In this document: piece after piece, positions 17,404-27,368 of the stretch
Layout: every line of letters starts with the position of its first letter
Numbering within the stretch: position 1 is the stretch's first letter
Assembly: GCA_043732485.1 (NCBI GenBank)
Contig: JAYTHP010000150.1
Coordinates: 1 to 30,287 of the forward strand
Reading direction: 5' to 3'
Source of the DNA: Oligoflexia bacterium
GTDB taxonomy: Bacteria > Bdellovibrionota > UBA1018
Length of the DNA stretch: 30,287 bases
Translations under genes and position numbers: made by a program
The notes under the pieces: model-generated
Told to the model about the DNA's origin: nothing
The model's database searches: none
Seen by the model: the letters and a program-made list of their open reading frames with translations, nothing else

Positions 17404-17599
17404 GGGGTATTAGTCAGACTTTTGTTCAGGCGTAAGAGAAAAAAAGGGGTGCCTGAAGACGGCAGGGAATTGTGGGTGAAGGACGCAGCGAGGGCAAAGG
17501 TAAAGTGGTGAGGGTGTGTGTGAGTGTCGGTATGAGTGTGTTTCTGGAGAGCCCTCCTGGCAAGAATGAACAGGCAGTGAGTAGAGCAAAAAAAAGATC

Positions 17600-18079
17600 A
17601 TGAGCAAAAAAATTCTATCTTCCAGCTTTTATCAGCAGATTGCACTGCTTAAGCCCCGCTACCCTACGCTCAAGGCGTTGATGTTACCGTGTTTGCATGC
17701 CGCGCAAGCCGAGCAGGGAGGGTGGCTACAGCAAGCGGTTTTAGATGAGATTGCTGAGCTACTGAAGCTGCATCCAGCGGAAGTGCGCGAGGTGGCCTCC
17801 TTTTACTCGATGATTGCGCTTGCCCCGGTGGCGCGCTATCAGATTAAGATTTGCACCAACGTGGCTTGCGCCCTGCGGGGGGCTGATCAGTTGATGCAGC
17901 AGTGTCAAAGCCAACTGGGCATTGAGTGTGGAGAGATGACCGACGATCAGAAGTTCTCGCTTGCAGAAGAGGAGTGCTTAGGGTCGTGCGGCACGGCGCC
18001 TGTGATGATGCTGAACCAAGAACACTATGAAAAAGTCGACGCGGCAGCGCTGCAGGGATTTTTAGAAGGGTTAGAGTGA
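17600..18079 (+). CDS. nuoE: NADH:quinone oxidoreductase subunit E
   Basis: EVASFYSM, CTNVAC and ECLGSCGTAP ([2Fe-2S] N1a ligands). Confidence 0.96.
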   Translation: MSKKILSSSFYQQIALLKPRYPTLKALMLPCLHAAQAEQGGWLQQAVLDEIAELLKLHPAEVREVASFYSMIALAPVARYQIKICTNVACALRGADQLMQQCQSQLGIECGEMTDDQKFSLAEEECLGSCGTAPVMMLNQEHYEKVDAAALQGFLEGLE

Positions 18080-18083
18080 ACAC

Positions 18084-19460
18084 GTGATGATCGAATCTCA
18101 CGCGCCTTCAAGCGACGCGGCGCAAGCCCCTTTGCTGAATGGCAGGCCTTCTGCGGACGCAGCCCCCCCTTTCACGCCTCCGCCTGGGCTGGGTGAAACT
18201 TTGATGATTCAGCATTTTAAAGAGGGGGCCAATGCGCTTGACTACTACCTCAGTGAGGTGGCAGGCTATCAGGCTGCCCGCAAGGCGCTGTCCATGACGC
18301 CTGAGGCCTTGATCCAAGAGGTCAAGACCTCGAACTTGCGAGGGCGCGGTGGGGCTGGTTTCCCGACTGGCATGAAGTGGAGCTTTATCCCGAAAGTCAG
18401 TGAGCACGCTAAGTACTTGATTTGCAACGCCGATGAGTCTGAGCCTGGCACCTTTAAGGATCGTCAGTTGCTGAGGTTCCTGCCGCACTTGCTGATTGAA
18501 GGCATGGTGATTGCCGCGCGAGCGATTGGCGCGAAGGTGGGTTACATCTACATTCGTGGTGAGTACGTGCAGGAGGCAAAAATCCTGCAAGCGGCAATTG
18601 ATGAAGCCTATGCTAAGAACTTTTTAGGTCAAGCTATTTTTGCCACCGCAGGCGAGAATTTTGAGTTAACCCTGCACCGCGGGGCTGGGGCTTATATCTG
18701 TGGTGAGGAGACCGCCCTTTTGAACTCCTTGGAAGGTAAGCGCGGCGAGCCGCGGGTAAAGCCGCCTTTTCCGGCGCAAATCGGGGCTTTTGGGGGGCCA
18801 ACGGTGGTGAACAACGTGGAGACCTTGTGTTCCGTGCCGTTTATCATCAATCGCGGGGGGCCTTGGTTTGCGGGCTTAGGGAAATTGGAAAAATCAGGGG
18901 GCAATCGCCTGTTTTGTGTCTCAGGTCACGTCGAGCGGCCGGGGGTGTATGAGTTACCGGCAGGCGGGGTAAGTTTGCGGCAGCTGATTGATGAGCATTG
19001 TGGTGGGGTCTTAGGCAAGCGCAAGCTGAAGGCAGTGATCCCTGGGGGGTCTTCCAGTCCAGTGCTCTCGGCTGATGAGATTGACGTGATCATGGACATT
19101 GAGCCGCTGGCGAAGATTGGCACGATGCTGGGCTCAGCAGGCATCATGGTCATTAGTGAAGACGTCTGCATGGTGAAATTGCTCGGCCGGATCACCCGCT
19201 TTTACACCCACGAGTCATGTGGCCAGTGCACGCCGTGCCGCGAGGGTACGGCTTGGATGCTTGAAGTCTTGCATCGGCTAGAGCATCAGCACGGGAGAGC
19301 GCAGGACCTGGAGTTGCTGTTGCAGATAGCAGACAATATTGCAGGCAAAACGCTTTGCGCGCTGGGGGATGCGGCAGCCGGTCCGGTGATCAGTTTTATT
19401 AAGAAGTTTCGCGGCGAGTTTGAGGCTCATATTCGAGGTGAAAAATGCCCAAATGCATGA
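18084..19460 (+). CDS. nuoF: NADH:quinone oxidoreductase subunit F
   Basis: LRGRGGAGFPTGMKW, NADESEPGTFKDR, GAGAYICGEETAL, ESCGQCTPCREG...C. Confidence 0.98.
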   Translation: MMIESHAPSSDAAQAPLLNGRPSADAAPPFTPPPGLGETLMIQHFKEGANALDYYLSEVAGYQAARKALSMTPEALIQEVKTSNLRGRGGAGFPTGMKWSFIPKVSEHAKYLICNADESEPGTFKDRQLLRFLPHLLIEGMVIAARAIGAKVGYIYIRGEYVQEAKILQAAIDEAYAKNFLGQAIFATAGENFELTLHRGAGAYICGEETALLNSLEGKRGEPRVKPPFPAQIGAFGGPTVVNNVETLCSVPFIINRGGPWFAGLGKLEKSGGNRLFCVSGHVERPGVYELPAGGVSLRQLIDEHCGGVLGKRKLKAVIPGGSSSPVLSADEIDVIMDIEPLAKIGTMLGSAGIMVISEDVCMVKLLGRITRFYTHESCGQCTPCREGTAWMLEVLHRLEHQHGRAQDLELLLQIADNIAGKTLCALGDAAAGPVISFIKKFRGEFEAHIRGEKCPNA

Positions 19461-20965
19461 TTGATGGCCGGTCAGTGGAGTTTCAAGCGGGCGACAACCT
19501 GGTGAAAGCTGCGGGGAGGGTGGGCATTGAGATTCCGGTGTTTTGCTACCACCCGGGGCTGTCGGTGGTGGCGCAGTGCCGGATGTGTGCCATTGAAATC
19601 GACAAAATGCCGAAATTGCAAACCGCTTGCTCAACGCCTGCCGCCGAAGGCATGGTGGTGCACACCACCTCCTTGAAGGTGGCACAAAATCGTAAGTCGG
19701 TGATGGAGTTTTTGCTGATGAATCATCCGCTGGATTGTCCGATTTGCGACAAATCTGGGGAGTGTGATTTGCAGGAGCACTCGTTTGCGCACGGCGACGT
19801 GAAGTCGCATTTTACGGAAGAGCGCAGGACTTATCTCGATCTAGATATGGGGCCTGTGATTAAAAAGAACATGAATCGCTGTATTCATTGCACGCGCTGC
19901 ATTCGTTTTGGAGCGGAGATTGCAGGCATCAGGGAGATGGTTGCCGTGAAGCGCGGCAATCAGACGGAAATCACCACCTTAGAGGGGCGTCCGCTTGAAA
20001 CTGACTATGCCGGCAATTACGCCGATATTTGCCCTACCGGTTCGCTGACGCTCAAGGAGTTTCGCTTTAAAAAGCGGGTGTGGATGCTGAAGAAAACGCC
20101 GACGCTGTGTGAGGGGTGCTCGCGCGGTTGTAATTTGGAGTTGCACCATGAGGGGGAGACCATTTACCGCGCCACCCCGCGTGAGAATCTTGAGGTCAAC
20201 CGCTACTGGCTTTGCGACGAGGGTCGCTTTCATTACCGTGCCACCCAAGACGCAGGCCGGGTGCTTCGTCCACTCGTGAGGCAGCAGAGTAGTAGCAGCG
20301 ATCAGGGTGATGACGCGTTGGCGCCAAGCATGGCGTTTGCAGTGGTGAGCTGGTCGCAAGCAATTAGCGCGGCTCAGAGCGTCTTGCAGGGCAAGCAAGT
20401 GGTGGGGCTTTTGGGTGCGGATTTGACGCAAGAAGAGGCCACGCAGGCGCAGCAATTCTTGCAAGCCAATTACCCGGGCAGCACGCTTTGGAGCTTTGGG
20501 ACGCCTGGGGTGGTGGAGAGTTGGCAAGACGGGGGCGAGGATAGCTTTTTGCGGCGGGTGAGCAAGACGCCCAACTTGAACGGGCTTGAGAAGTTAGGGA
20601 TAGAAGGCTTTGCGGGCCTGCCTGCAGGCACGCAGGCGGCTTTGGTGATTCGTGGCAGCCGCGCGGTTTTACCGGCTCTAGGCTCACTGCCGCTGGTGCT
20701 GATTGCAGCGGCCAGTCAGGCTGAAGTGGAGGCTGCTGTAGCAGGGTCACCTGCAGGCCCCTCCGTGGTGGTGCTACCTGGCTTAGGGTTTGCCGAGAAA
20801 TCAGGCACCTGGCTGAACTTTGAGAACCGCGAGCAAAAACTGCAGCAAGCCATCCCGCCGCGCGGGCAAAGCCGGGCATTGCCTGAGATCTTGATGCTGC
20901 TGTCGCAAAGCCATGGCGCGGCGTCTGGTAATGATCCGCAGCGTCAGGCGTTGGTGTCAGCATGA
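19445..20965 (+). CDS. nuoG: NADH:quinone oxidoreductase subunit G (short form)
   Basis: FCYH...QCRMC...TAC (N1b), HPLDCPICDKSGEC (N5), CIHCTRC...CPTG (N4), CEGCSRGC...WLCD (N7). Only 506 aa. Confidence 0.93.
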   Translation: MPKCMIDGRSVEFQAGDNLVKAAGRVGIEIPVFCYHPGLSVVAQCRMCAIEIDKMPKLQTACSTPAAEGMVVHTTSLKVAQNRKSVMEFLLMNHPLDCPICDKSGECDLQEHSFAHGDVKSHFTEERRTYLDLDMGPVIKKNMNRCIHCTRCIRFGAEIAGIREMVAVKRGNQTEITTLEGRPLETDYAGNYADICPTGSLTLKEFRFKKRVWMLKKTPTLCEGCSRGCNLELHHEGETIYRATPRENLEVNRYWLCDEGRFHYRATQDAGRVLRPLVRQQSSSSDQGDDALAPSMAFAVVSWSQAISAAQSVLQGKQVVGLLGADLTQEEATQAQQFLQANYPGSTLWSFGTPGVVESWQDGGEDSFLRRVSKTPNLNGLEKLGIEGFAGLPAGTQAALVIRGSRAVLPALGSLPLVLIAAASQAEVEAAVAGSPAGPSVVVLPGLGFAEKSGTWLNFENREQKLQQAIPPRGQSRALPEILMLLSQSHGAASGNDPQRQALVSA

Positions 20966-22074
20966 GTGTTGGTCTTAGTTTTTTTGACGGCGTGGTTTTA
21001 CTCGTTAAAGTGATTTTCCTGACCTTGTTCTTGCTGCCCATTGTGCCCACCATGGTCTGGGTCGAGCGTCGGGGCTCAGCCTTGATGCAAAATCGCCTAG
21101 GTCCTAACCGGGTGGGGCCGCTTGGAATCTTACAGTCGCTTGCCGACGTGGTGAAGATGATGTTTAAGGAAGATCCGGTTCCTGGTCATGTGGAAGCGCG
21201 CTTCTATGTCCTAGCGCCGCTGATTGCCATTATCCCGGCTTTTATGACCTTTGCCGTGCTGCCTTTTGCGGGCCCGATGGCTTGGCAGGGCCATTGGCTG
21301 CGCTTTCAGGTGGCCGATCAGCTAGATATCGGGGTGCTGTATTGCTTTGCCATTGCTTCGCTGGGGGTTTACGGCGTGATGATGGCCGGGTGGGCTTCCA
21401 ATAACAAGTATGCCTTGATGGGCAGTCTTCGCAGTTCCTCGCAGATGATCAGCTATGAGTTGGCCATGGGACTTGCGGTGGCAGCCGTGGTGGTGCTCTA
21501 TGCTAGCCTCAAGCCTGAAGAGATGGTGGCTGCGCAAGCGGCGCCGCTCCTGCAGTGGGGTTCTTGGGTGTTGCCGCGTTGGGGGATTTTTTTGCAGCCG
21601 GTGGGGTTTTTGATTTTTTTAATCACGGCGTTTGCTGAGACCAACCGTCTGCCGTTTGACCTGCCAGAAGGGGAGTCGGAGCTGGTGGCGGGGTATCATA
21701 TCGAGTACGGCTCGATGAAGTTTGCGCTTTTTATGATGTCAGAGTACTTGAACATGACCACGGCCTCAGGTTTGCTCACGACCTTTTACTTCGGTGGCTG
21801 GCAGCTGCTCCCCGGTCAGCAAAGCACGTTGTCTTTGTTGCAGCACCTTTTGGGTTTGTCTGCGACCGCCAGTGACGTCTTGCGGGTGTTGTTTCAGATG
21901 TCGGCGTTTACTACGAAGCTTGCCTTTTTTATGTGGTTTTTTGTCTGGGTGCGCTGGACTTTGCCGCGTTTTCGTTATGATCAATTGATGGCGCTGGGTT
22001 GGAAGACCTTGCTGCCGCTATCGTTTGTCAATTTGCTAGTCACCTTTTGGCTGGCCTATGAGGGATGGGTGTAA
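20962..22074 (+). CDS. nuoH: NADH:quinone oxidoreductase subunit H (set 2)
   Basis: ERR...RLGPNRVGP, QMISYE, AETNRLPFDLPEGESELVAGYHIEY, RWTLPRFRYDQL. Confidence 0.97.
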   Translation: MSVGLSFFDGVVLLVKVIFLTLFLLPIVPTMVWVERRGSALMQNRLGPNRVGPLGILQSLADVVKMMFKEDPVPGHVEARFYVLAPLIAIIPAFMTFAVLPFAGPMAWQGHWLRFQVADQLDIGVLYCFAIASLGVYGVMMAGWASNNKYALMGSLRSSSQMISYELAMGLAVAAVVVLYASLKPEEMVAAQAAPLLQWGSWVLPRWGIFLQPVGFLIFLITAFAETNRLPFDLPEGESELVAGYHIEYGSMKFALFMMSEYLNMTTASGLLTTFYFGGWQLLPGQQSTLSLLQHLLGLSATASDVLRVLFQMSAFTTKLAFFMWFFVWVRWTLPRFRYDQLMALGWKTLLPLSFVNLLVTFWLAYEGWV

Positions 22075-22080
22075 ACGCAT

Positions 22081-22530
22081 ATGATTGTTCACCGCCGAAA
22101 AAGTCGTCTCTCACAGTTTTACCTGATTGAAATCGTTCGGGGTTTAAGCATCACGCTAAAAAACCTCCTTTTTTCCCGCAAAGTCACGGTGCAGTATCCG
22201 GAAGTGCGACGCAAGTATTCCGAGCGATTTCGCGGTTTGCATTACCTAAAGGCCACCAACGGGGTGGAGAACTGCACGGCTTGCATGCTGTGTCCGACCG
22301 TTTGTCCGGCAGAGTGTATTCATATTGAGGCAGGCGAGCGTGCGGATAAGGAGAAATACCCGGTGCGCTTTGAAATTGACCTACTGCGGTGTTGCTTTTG
22401 CGGGATGTGTGAGGAAGCGTGCCCGAAGGATGCAATCAAGTTGAGTACGCTCTATGAGATGAGCACGACCCATCGACAAGTCTTAAGCAAAGAGTTTTTA
22501 CTCGAACAACGAGGGAGTCGCACGTCATGA
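22081..22530 (+). CDS. nuoI: NADH:quinone oxidoreductase subunit I (set 2)
   Basis: VTVQYPE, RFRGLH, CTACMLCPTVCP, RCCFCGMCEEACP. Confidence 0.97.
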   Translation: MIVHRRKSRLSQFYLIEIVRGLSITLKNLLFSRKVTVQYPEVRRKYSERFRGLHYLKATNGVENCTACMLCPTVCPAECIHIEAGERADKEKYPVRFEIDLLRCCFCGMCEEACPKDAIKLSTLYEMSTTHRQVLSKEFLLEQRGSRTS

Positions 22531-23180
22531 TGCCGACGATGTGGTTTTTACCGTGTGCGCTGATGGCGCTGGCGGGTGCGCTTGGGGTGGTGAGGAGTCG
22601 CGGAGCAGTGGCGAGCGCCTTTCACTTGGTGTTGGTCTTTTTTGCCTTTGCTGGGCTCTACGCTGGGTTGGGTGCCGACTTTTTAGCCGGCATCCAGATT
22701 TTAGTCTATGCTGGAGCGATTTTAGTGCTTTTCGTTTTTGTCGTCATGCTGCTACAAGGCGAGCACAAGCACCCGCAAATAGCTAAGCCCATAGACGTGC
22801 GGCTCAAGGTCTTAACTGCTGGTTTTGCGGCGTTTTTTGTTATCTATTTTGCAGGGGTCTTTCGGCTGAGTGAGGGAGGGCGCACGCTTGGGTCGGCAGG
22901 CGTAAGCCCAAAAGCGACGGCGGGTTTGCAGCAGTTAGGCGCTCCAGGAGGCGGCAATACGGTGGCGCTCGCGGAAATCCTTTTTTCGCAAGCCATGTTG
23001 CCGTTCGAGTTGACGGCAATCGTGTTGCTCAGCGCGATGGTGGGAGCAGTGGTGACGGCGAAACGCAACAAGGCAGGTGGCGGCGGTGGGCGTAGTCGCG
23101 TTGGGGGTGGGTGGAATGACCGGCTTGGGGCAACGAGCACAGCCGCTGGACTTCAGGGTGAAAAGCGAGGGATGAGTTAA
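22527..23180 (+). CDS. nuoJ: NADH:quinone oxidoreductase subunit J (set 2)
   Basis: QILVYAGAILVLFVFVVML, LPFEL. Confidence 0.95.
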   Translation: MMPTMWFLPCALMALAGALGVVRSRGAVASAFHLVLVFFAFAGLYAGLGADFLAGIQILVYAGAILVLFVFVVMLLQGEHKHPQIAKPIDVRLKVLTAGFAAFFVIYFAGVFRLSEGGRTLGSAGVSPKATAGLQQLGAPGGGNTVALAEILFSQAMLPFELTAIVLLSAMVGAVVTAKRNKAGGGGGRSRVGGGWNDRLGATSTAAGLQGEKRGMS

Positions 23181-23483
23181 GTGGTGGAATCTTGGGTGTT
23201 GTTGAGCTTTGCGGCGCTAATTTTTGCGATCGGTTTTTGGGGCGTGGTGGTCCGGCGGGAACTGCTGGTGATTCTCATGTCGCTTGAGCTGATGTTGAAT
23301 GCGGTGAATCTCACCTTTGTGATTTTCTCGCATCAGCACCAGGATTTGACGGGGCAGGCGTCGGTGATTTTCTTGATTTGTCTGGCTGCTGCAGAATCGG
23401 CGGTGGGGTTGGGGTTGGTGATTGCGATGTTTCGCACGCTGCGCAGTTCGCTGACCAGTGAGCTAGAGTTTTTAGGCGAGTAA
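23181..23483 (+). CDS. nuoK: NADH:quinone oxidoreductase subunit K (set 2)
   Basis: LMSLELMLNAVNL, GQ, LAAAESAVGL. Confidence 0.96.
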   Translation: MVESWVLLSFAALIFAIGFWGVVVRRELLVILMSLELMLNAVNLTFVIFSHQHQDLTGQASVIFLICLAAAESAVGLGLVIAMFRTLRSSLTSELEFLGE

Positions 23484-23512
23484 TGGCTGTGTGATGAGGA
23501 GGCGGTGATATC

Positions 23513-25600
23513 ATGAGTGCTTGGATAGCGTGGATCCCGCTGCTACCGGGAATAGGTTTCTTGATCAACGGATTAGCCTATGGGCGAGCAACCTTGCGGC
23601 AGTCTCCTGCTTTTGCCACTGCGCGGCCAAAGTCCCACGAAAGTCAACTAGAAGAAGCACCAGAAGAGGCACCAGAAGAGGCACCAGAAAAAGAGATCAT
23701 CGGCTGGGGCGCAGGCGGGCTTGCGCTGATCATGATGTTAGGCTCGTTTTTGCTGACGCTGCGGGCGGTTTGTGAGCTTGCCTCGCTCCCTCAGTCACTC
23801 AAAGTGCTAGAAGTCGTCTTGTGCCCTTGGATGAGTAGCCTGGGCTTGGATCTCAGTTTTGCTTTGCGCTTGGATGGTTTGTCTTGCGTATTTTGTTTGA
23901 TGATCACCGGGGTGGGGAGTCTGATTCATCTCTACGCGATTGGTTACATGGCGCATGACTACGGGGTGCAAAAGTTTTTTGCTTACCTTAACCTTTTTTG
24001 TGCGTTCATGCTGCTGCTGGTGTTAGGCGCCAATTTTCCTGTGCTTTTTGTTGGCTGGGAAGGGGTGGGCTTAGCCAGTTACTTGTTGATTGCTTTTTGG
24101 TACCAGGATCCACTGAAAGCCTTGGCCGGGAAAAAAGCTTTTTTAGTCAACCGCGTGGGTGATTGGGGCTTGCTGCTTGCAATGGTGCTGTTGATGCAGC
24201 GGTTTCACACGCTTGATTTTGCCGCGTTGCGGGTTGCTTTTCAAGCAGTGCAGACGCAGCAAGGCGCGCTTTGCCTAATTGCTTTTTTCGTCACCTTAGG
24301 GGCCGTGGCCAAATCCGCCCAAATCCCGCTTTATTTTTGGCTGCCGGATGCCATGGCAGGACCGACCCCCGTTTCCGCGCTGATCCACGCAGCCACCATG
24401 GTCACAGCCGGGATCTACTTGCTGTGCCGCTTTAGCTTCCTTCTCGTGTTAACTCCCGAGATTTCTTCACTGATTGCTGGTCTGGGTGCCGCAACCGCCT
24501 TGTTGGGTGCAGTGTGTGCGGTGGTGCAAAGCGATTTGAAAAAAGTCCTGGCCTACTCCACCCTCTCGCAATTGGGTTACATGTTTTTAGGCGCCGGGGT
24601 GGGGGCCTTTAGTCACAGCGTGTTTCACGTCTTGACCCATGCTTTTTTTAAGGCGCTGTTGTTTTTAGCGGCAGGTAACGTGATTCATGCCCTGCAAGAT
24701 GAGCAAAATATCTGGAAGATGGGGGGGCTGGCAAAAAAAATGCCCGCAACCGCCGTGGCGTTTCTCCTAGGCCTGCTGGCGCTTGTGGGTATTCCTCCTC
24801 TGGCAGGGTTCTTTTCTAAAGACGCCATTCTCTGGGCGGCGCTCGCTGCTTCTCCGGCGCTGGCGTTTATTGGGGGCTTCGGAACCCTGATCACAGGTTT
24901 TTACAGCATGCGCCTGTTTGTGCTGGTCTTTCTTGGGGCACCGCGCTGGGCGGGGAGTGACCTGAGTGCGAAGCCAGAGTCCACGGTTCAGGCCCATGCA
25001 CAACCAGCCCTAAACCCCGAAGAAGCCATCCCGGTGATGCTAGCGCCGGTGCTGGTGCTTGCCGCTTTAAGCGTGCTCGGGGGGCTTTTTGCCTGGCCAA
25101 TGGGGCCTGAGCATCTCTCCTGGCTGGAGCATCAACTCCAGCCGCTGCTGCCTCAGGCTCACTTGCCTGAAGGGCCAGGAGCTTTTGGGCTGACGGAGTT
25201 AGGCTGCATGGGCGCAAGTGTCGCAGCAGGAGTGCTTGGCATGGCGCTGGCTTGGCTGCGCTATCGCAGGGTGATGGAGACTGCTCAGAGGCATCAGGCA
25301 GGTGTCAGCGAAGCGGACGGCTTGCTGCGTTGGCTTGAGGGTTTCTTGGGCCTGGGGCCCTACTGGGAGCGAGGGTTGCATGCCCTGGTGGTTGCACCGC
25401 TTGGGGCCCTGGCCAAAGGGTTGGCAGCGCACGTAGAAGAGCGATGGGTGCAAGGCAGTGCGCTTGCTACCGCTGAGCTTGCTTTTGCCGAAGGAGTGTT
25501 TTTAAAAAAAATGCAAACGGGCGCTATTCCTCACTATGCTTTGATGTTTTTTGCGCTGGTGGTGCTCAGTGCAGGGTGGGTGATTTATGTTATGCTCTGA
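23513..25600 (+). CDS. nuoL: NADH:quinone oxidoreductase subunit L (set 2)
   Basis: FVGWEGVG, NRVGD, KSAQIPL.FWLPDAMAGPTPVSALIHAATMVTAG, HAFFKALLF, GFFSKD. Confidence 0.97.
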   Translation: MSAWIAWIPLLPGIGFLINGLAYGRATLRQSPAFATARPKSHESQLEEAPEEAPEEAPEKEIIGWGAGGLALIMMLGSFLLTLRAVCELASLPQSLKVLEVVLCPWMSSLGLDLSFALRLDGLSCVFCLMITGVGSLIHLYAIGYMAHDYGVQKFFAYLNLFCAFMLLLVLGANFPVLFVGWEGVGLASYLLIAFWYQDPLKALAGKKAFLVNRVGDWGLLLAMVLLMQRFHTLDFAALRVAFQAVQTQQGALCLIAFFVTLGAVAKSAQIPLYFWLPDAMAGPTPVSALIHAATMVTAGIYLLCRFSFLLVLTPEISSLIAGLGAATALLGAVCAVVQSDLKKVLAYSTLSQLGYMFLGAGVGAFSHSVFHVLTHAFFKALLFLAAGNVIHALQDEQNIWKMGGLAKKMPATAVAFLLGLLALVGIPPLAGFFSKDAILWAALAASPALAFIGGFGTLITGFYSMRLFVLVFLGAPRWAGSDLSAKPESTVQAHAQPALNPEEAIPVMLAPVLVLAALSVLGGLFAWPMGPEHLSWLEHQLQPLLPQAHLPEGPGAFGLTELGCMGASVAAGVLGMALAWLRYRRVMETAQRHQAGVSEADGLLRWLEGFLGLGPYWERGLHALVVAPLGALAKGLAAHVEERWVQGSALATAELAFAEGVFLKKMQTGAIPHYALMFFALVVLSAGWVIYVML
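23651..23695 (+). repeat. 12-bp in-frame tandem repeat (EEAP)3 inside nuoL set 2
   Basis: gaagaagcacca gaagaggcacca gaagaggcacca gaaaaagag. Confidence 0.9.
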
Positions 25601-27368
25601 GACTGGGTTCTTAAGTGCGGTGATTTTTGCCCCCCTAGCCTGGGGCGTCTTGATGTCCCTCTTGGCGTTTCTCAGCGGGGGCGCCAGCGGCGGCGCTGCT
25701 GCTACTCCTACTCGTCTATCGGGGGCAAGCGCTGATCCTGAGGAGGTACAAGGTGAGAGTCGCTGGGACTTACCCCTGCTCTGGCTGTTGCTTTTTCTGG
25801 TCGGTGCGCTGCTACCCCCCCTCCTGGTGATCCTGCGCGGTTACGGCTGGGTGGGGAGTCATGCGGGCGGAGGCGTGGGGACAAGCTTTTTTTGGATCCC
25901 CTCGCTGGGCGTGCGCTATGCCTTGGGCGTGGATGGGCTGAGCTTAGTCTTGATGGCCTTGAGCTGCTTTTTAGTTCCCGTGGCGATGGTCAGTGGCTTG
26001 CGGGAGGTGGGTTTTCGGCAAAAGGAGTACTTTTTTTGGTGCCTGGTGCTGCAAACCGCGCTCTTGGGGGTGTTTGCGGCGCAAGATTTGTTTTTGTTCT
26101 ACTGTTTTTGGGAGCTGACCCTGGTGCCCAGTTATTTTCTGATAGGTATCTGGGGCGGAGAGCAAAGGCTTGCCGCGGCCACCCATTTTTTCATCATCAC
26201 GCTTATGGCCTCGCTGCCGATGCTAGCGGGGGTTTTTGCCCTGCTGCATGAAGCGACGTTGCAATTCGGGCACCCTTCGGCGCTTTTCAGCGATCTAGTG
26301 ACCTTGAGCTGGAGCGACAGCACGGTGGCGTTGGGGTTGAGTTTGCCGCAACTGCTCTTTCTGGCGTTTAGTCTCGCTTTTGCCGTAAAACTGCCCTTGT
26401 TTCCCTTCCACAGCTGGTTGCCTGGCGCCTATAGCGAGGCACCGATGGGGGGCAGCATACTTTTTGCGGGCTTGCTCTCCAAGATGGGCGGGTATGGGTT
26501 TTTAAGAGTGGCTTTTTATCTCTTTCCGCAGGTGGCTTTGCAGATGCGGCCAGGCTTCATCACGCTTGCGGCAGTGAGTGTTTTGTATGGCGGGCTTTTA
26601 GCCTTGCAGGAGGTCGATCTCAAAAAGCGGATGGCCTATGCCTCGCTCAGCCACATGGGGTTGATTGCCGTCGGTTTGTTTTCTTTACAAAAAATAGCCC
26701 TGGTCGGGGCGGTGTTTGCCATGCTGAGTCACGGGCTGGTGAGCGCGGCGCTGTTTTTAATTCTAGGGGTACTCGCCCACGTCAAGCCCAACCCATCCTC
26801 CTGGTTGGGGTGCTCCCGCCCGCAGCTGGATGATTTTGGCGGTCTCGCGCGCCAGCTGCCTGCAGCTGCAATCCTGACGTTCGTAGTGATGCTTGCCGAC
26901 CTTGCGGTGCCGGGGCTCAGTGGCTTTGTCGGGGAATGGCTCATTTTACTGGGTGCTTGGGAAGCGCACCCCTGGGCGGTGGCAGCAGCGAGCTTGGGCG
27001 TGATTTTAGGGGCGTGGGTGATGCTCAATTTCTTCAATCAGGTGTTTTTAGGAAAACCGACCCTCCGCTTGGAGGCGCTAGTCCATGTTAACGCCACGAG
27101 CATCACCAGTCAATCACCGCCGCATCACCACCACCACTACCACCCGCCCTCTCAGCAAAAAAGCGCGCCCCTCTTACTGGGCTTGGTGGCGCTGATTGTC
27201 GCCGTGATTCTGGCGCTTGGTCTTGCGCCAAAGCCGCTGCTTGAGATGATTGATCCTGCAGTTAGTCCGTTGATGGCGCCCATGAATGTTCCGGCAACGC
27301 GTGCGGCTTTTAATTTGATGAACGAAAAAGGAGCGCACGATGCCAGGCCTACTCACCCCTCTCGCTAA
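25587..27368 (+). CDS. nuoM: NADH:quinone oxidoreductase subunit M (set 2)
   Basis: FWEL, AFAVKLPLFPFHSW, LSKMGGYG, SHMG, SHG, FVGEW. Confidence 0.96.
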   Translation: MLCSETGFLSAVIFAPLAWGVLMSLLAFLSGGASGGAAATPTRLSGASADPEEVQGESRWDLPLLWLLLFLVGALLPPLLVILRGYGWVGSHAGGGVGTSFFWIPSLGVRYALGVDGLSLVLMALSCFLVPVAMVSGLREVGFRQKEYFFWCLVLQTALLGVFAAQDLFLFYCFWELTLVPSYFLIGIWGGEQRLAAATHFFIITLMASLPMLAGVFALLHEATLQFGHPSALFSDLVTLSWSDSTVALGLSLPQLLFLAFSLAFAVKLPLFPFHSWLPGAYSEAPMGGSILFAGLLSKMGGYGFLRVAFYLFPQVALQMRPGFITLAAVSVLYGGLLALQEVDLKKRMAYASLSHMGLIAVGLFSLQKIALVGAVFAMLSHGLVSAALFLILGVLAHVKPNPSSWLGCSRPQLDDFGGLARQLPAAAILTFVVMLADLAVPGLSGFVGEWLILLGAWEAHPWAVAAASLGVILGAWVMLNFFNQVFLGKPTLRLEALVHVNATSITSQSPPHHHHHYHPPSQQKSAPLLLGLVALIVAVILALGLAPKPLLEMIDPAVSPLMAPMNVPATRAAFNLMNEKGAHDARPTHPSR

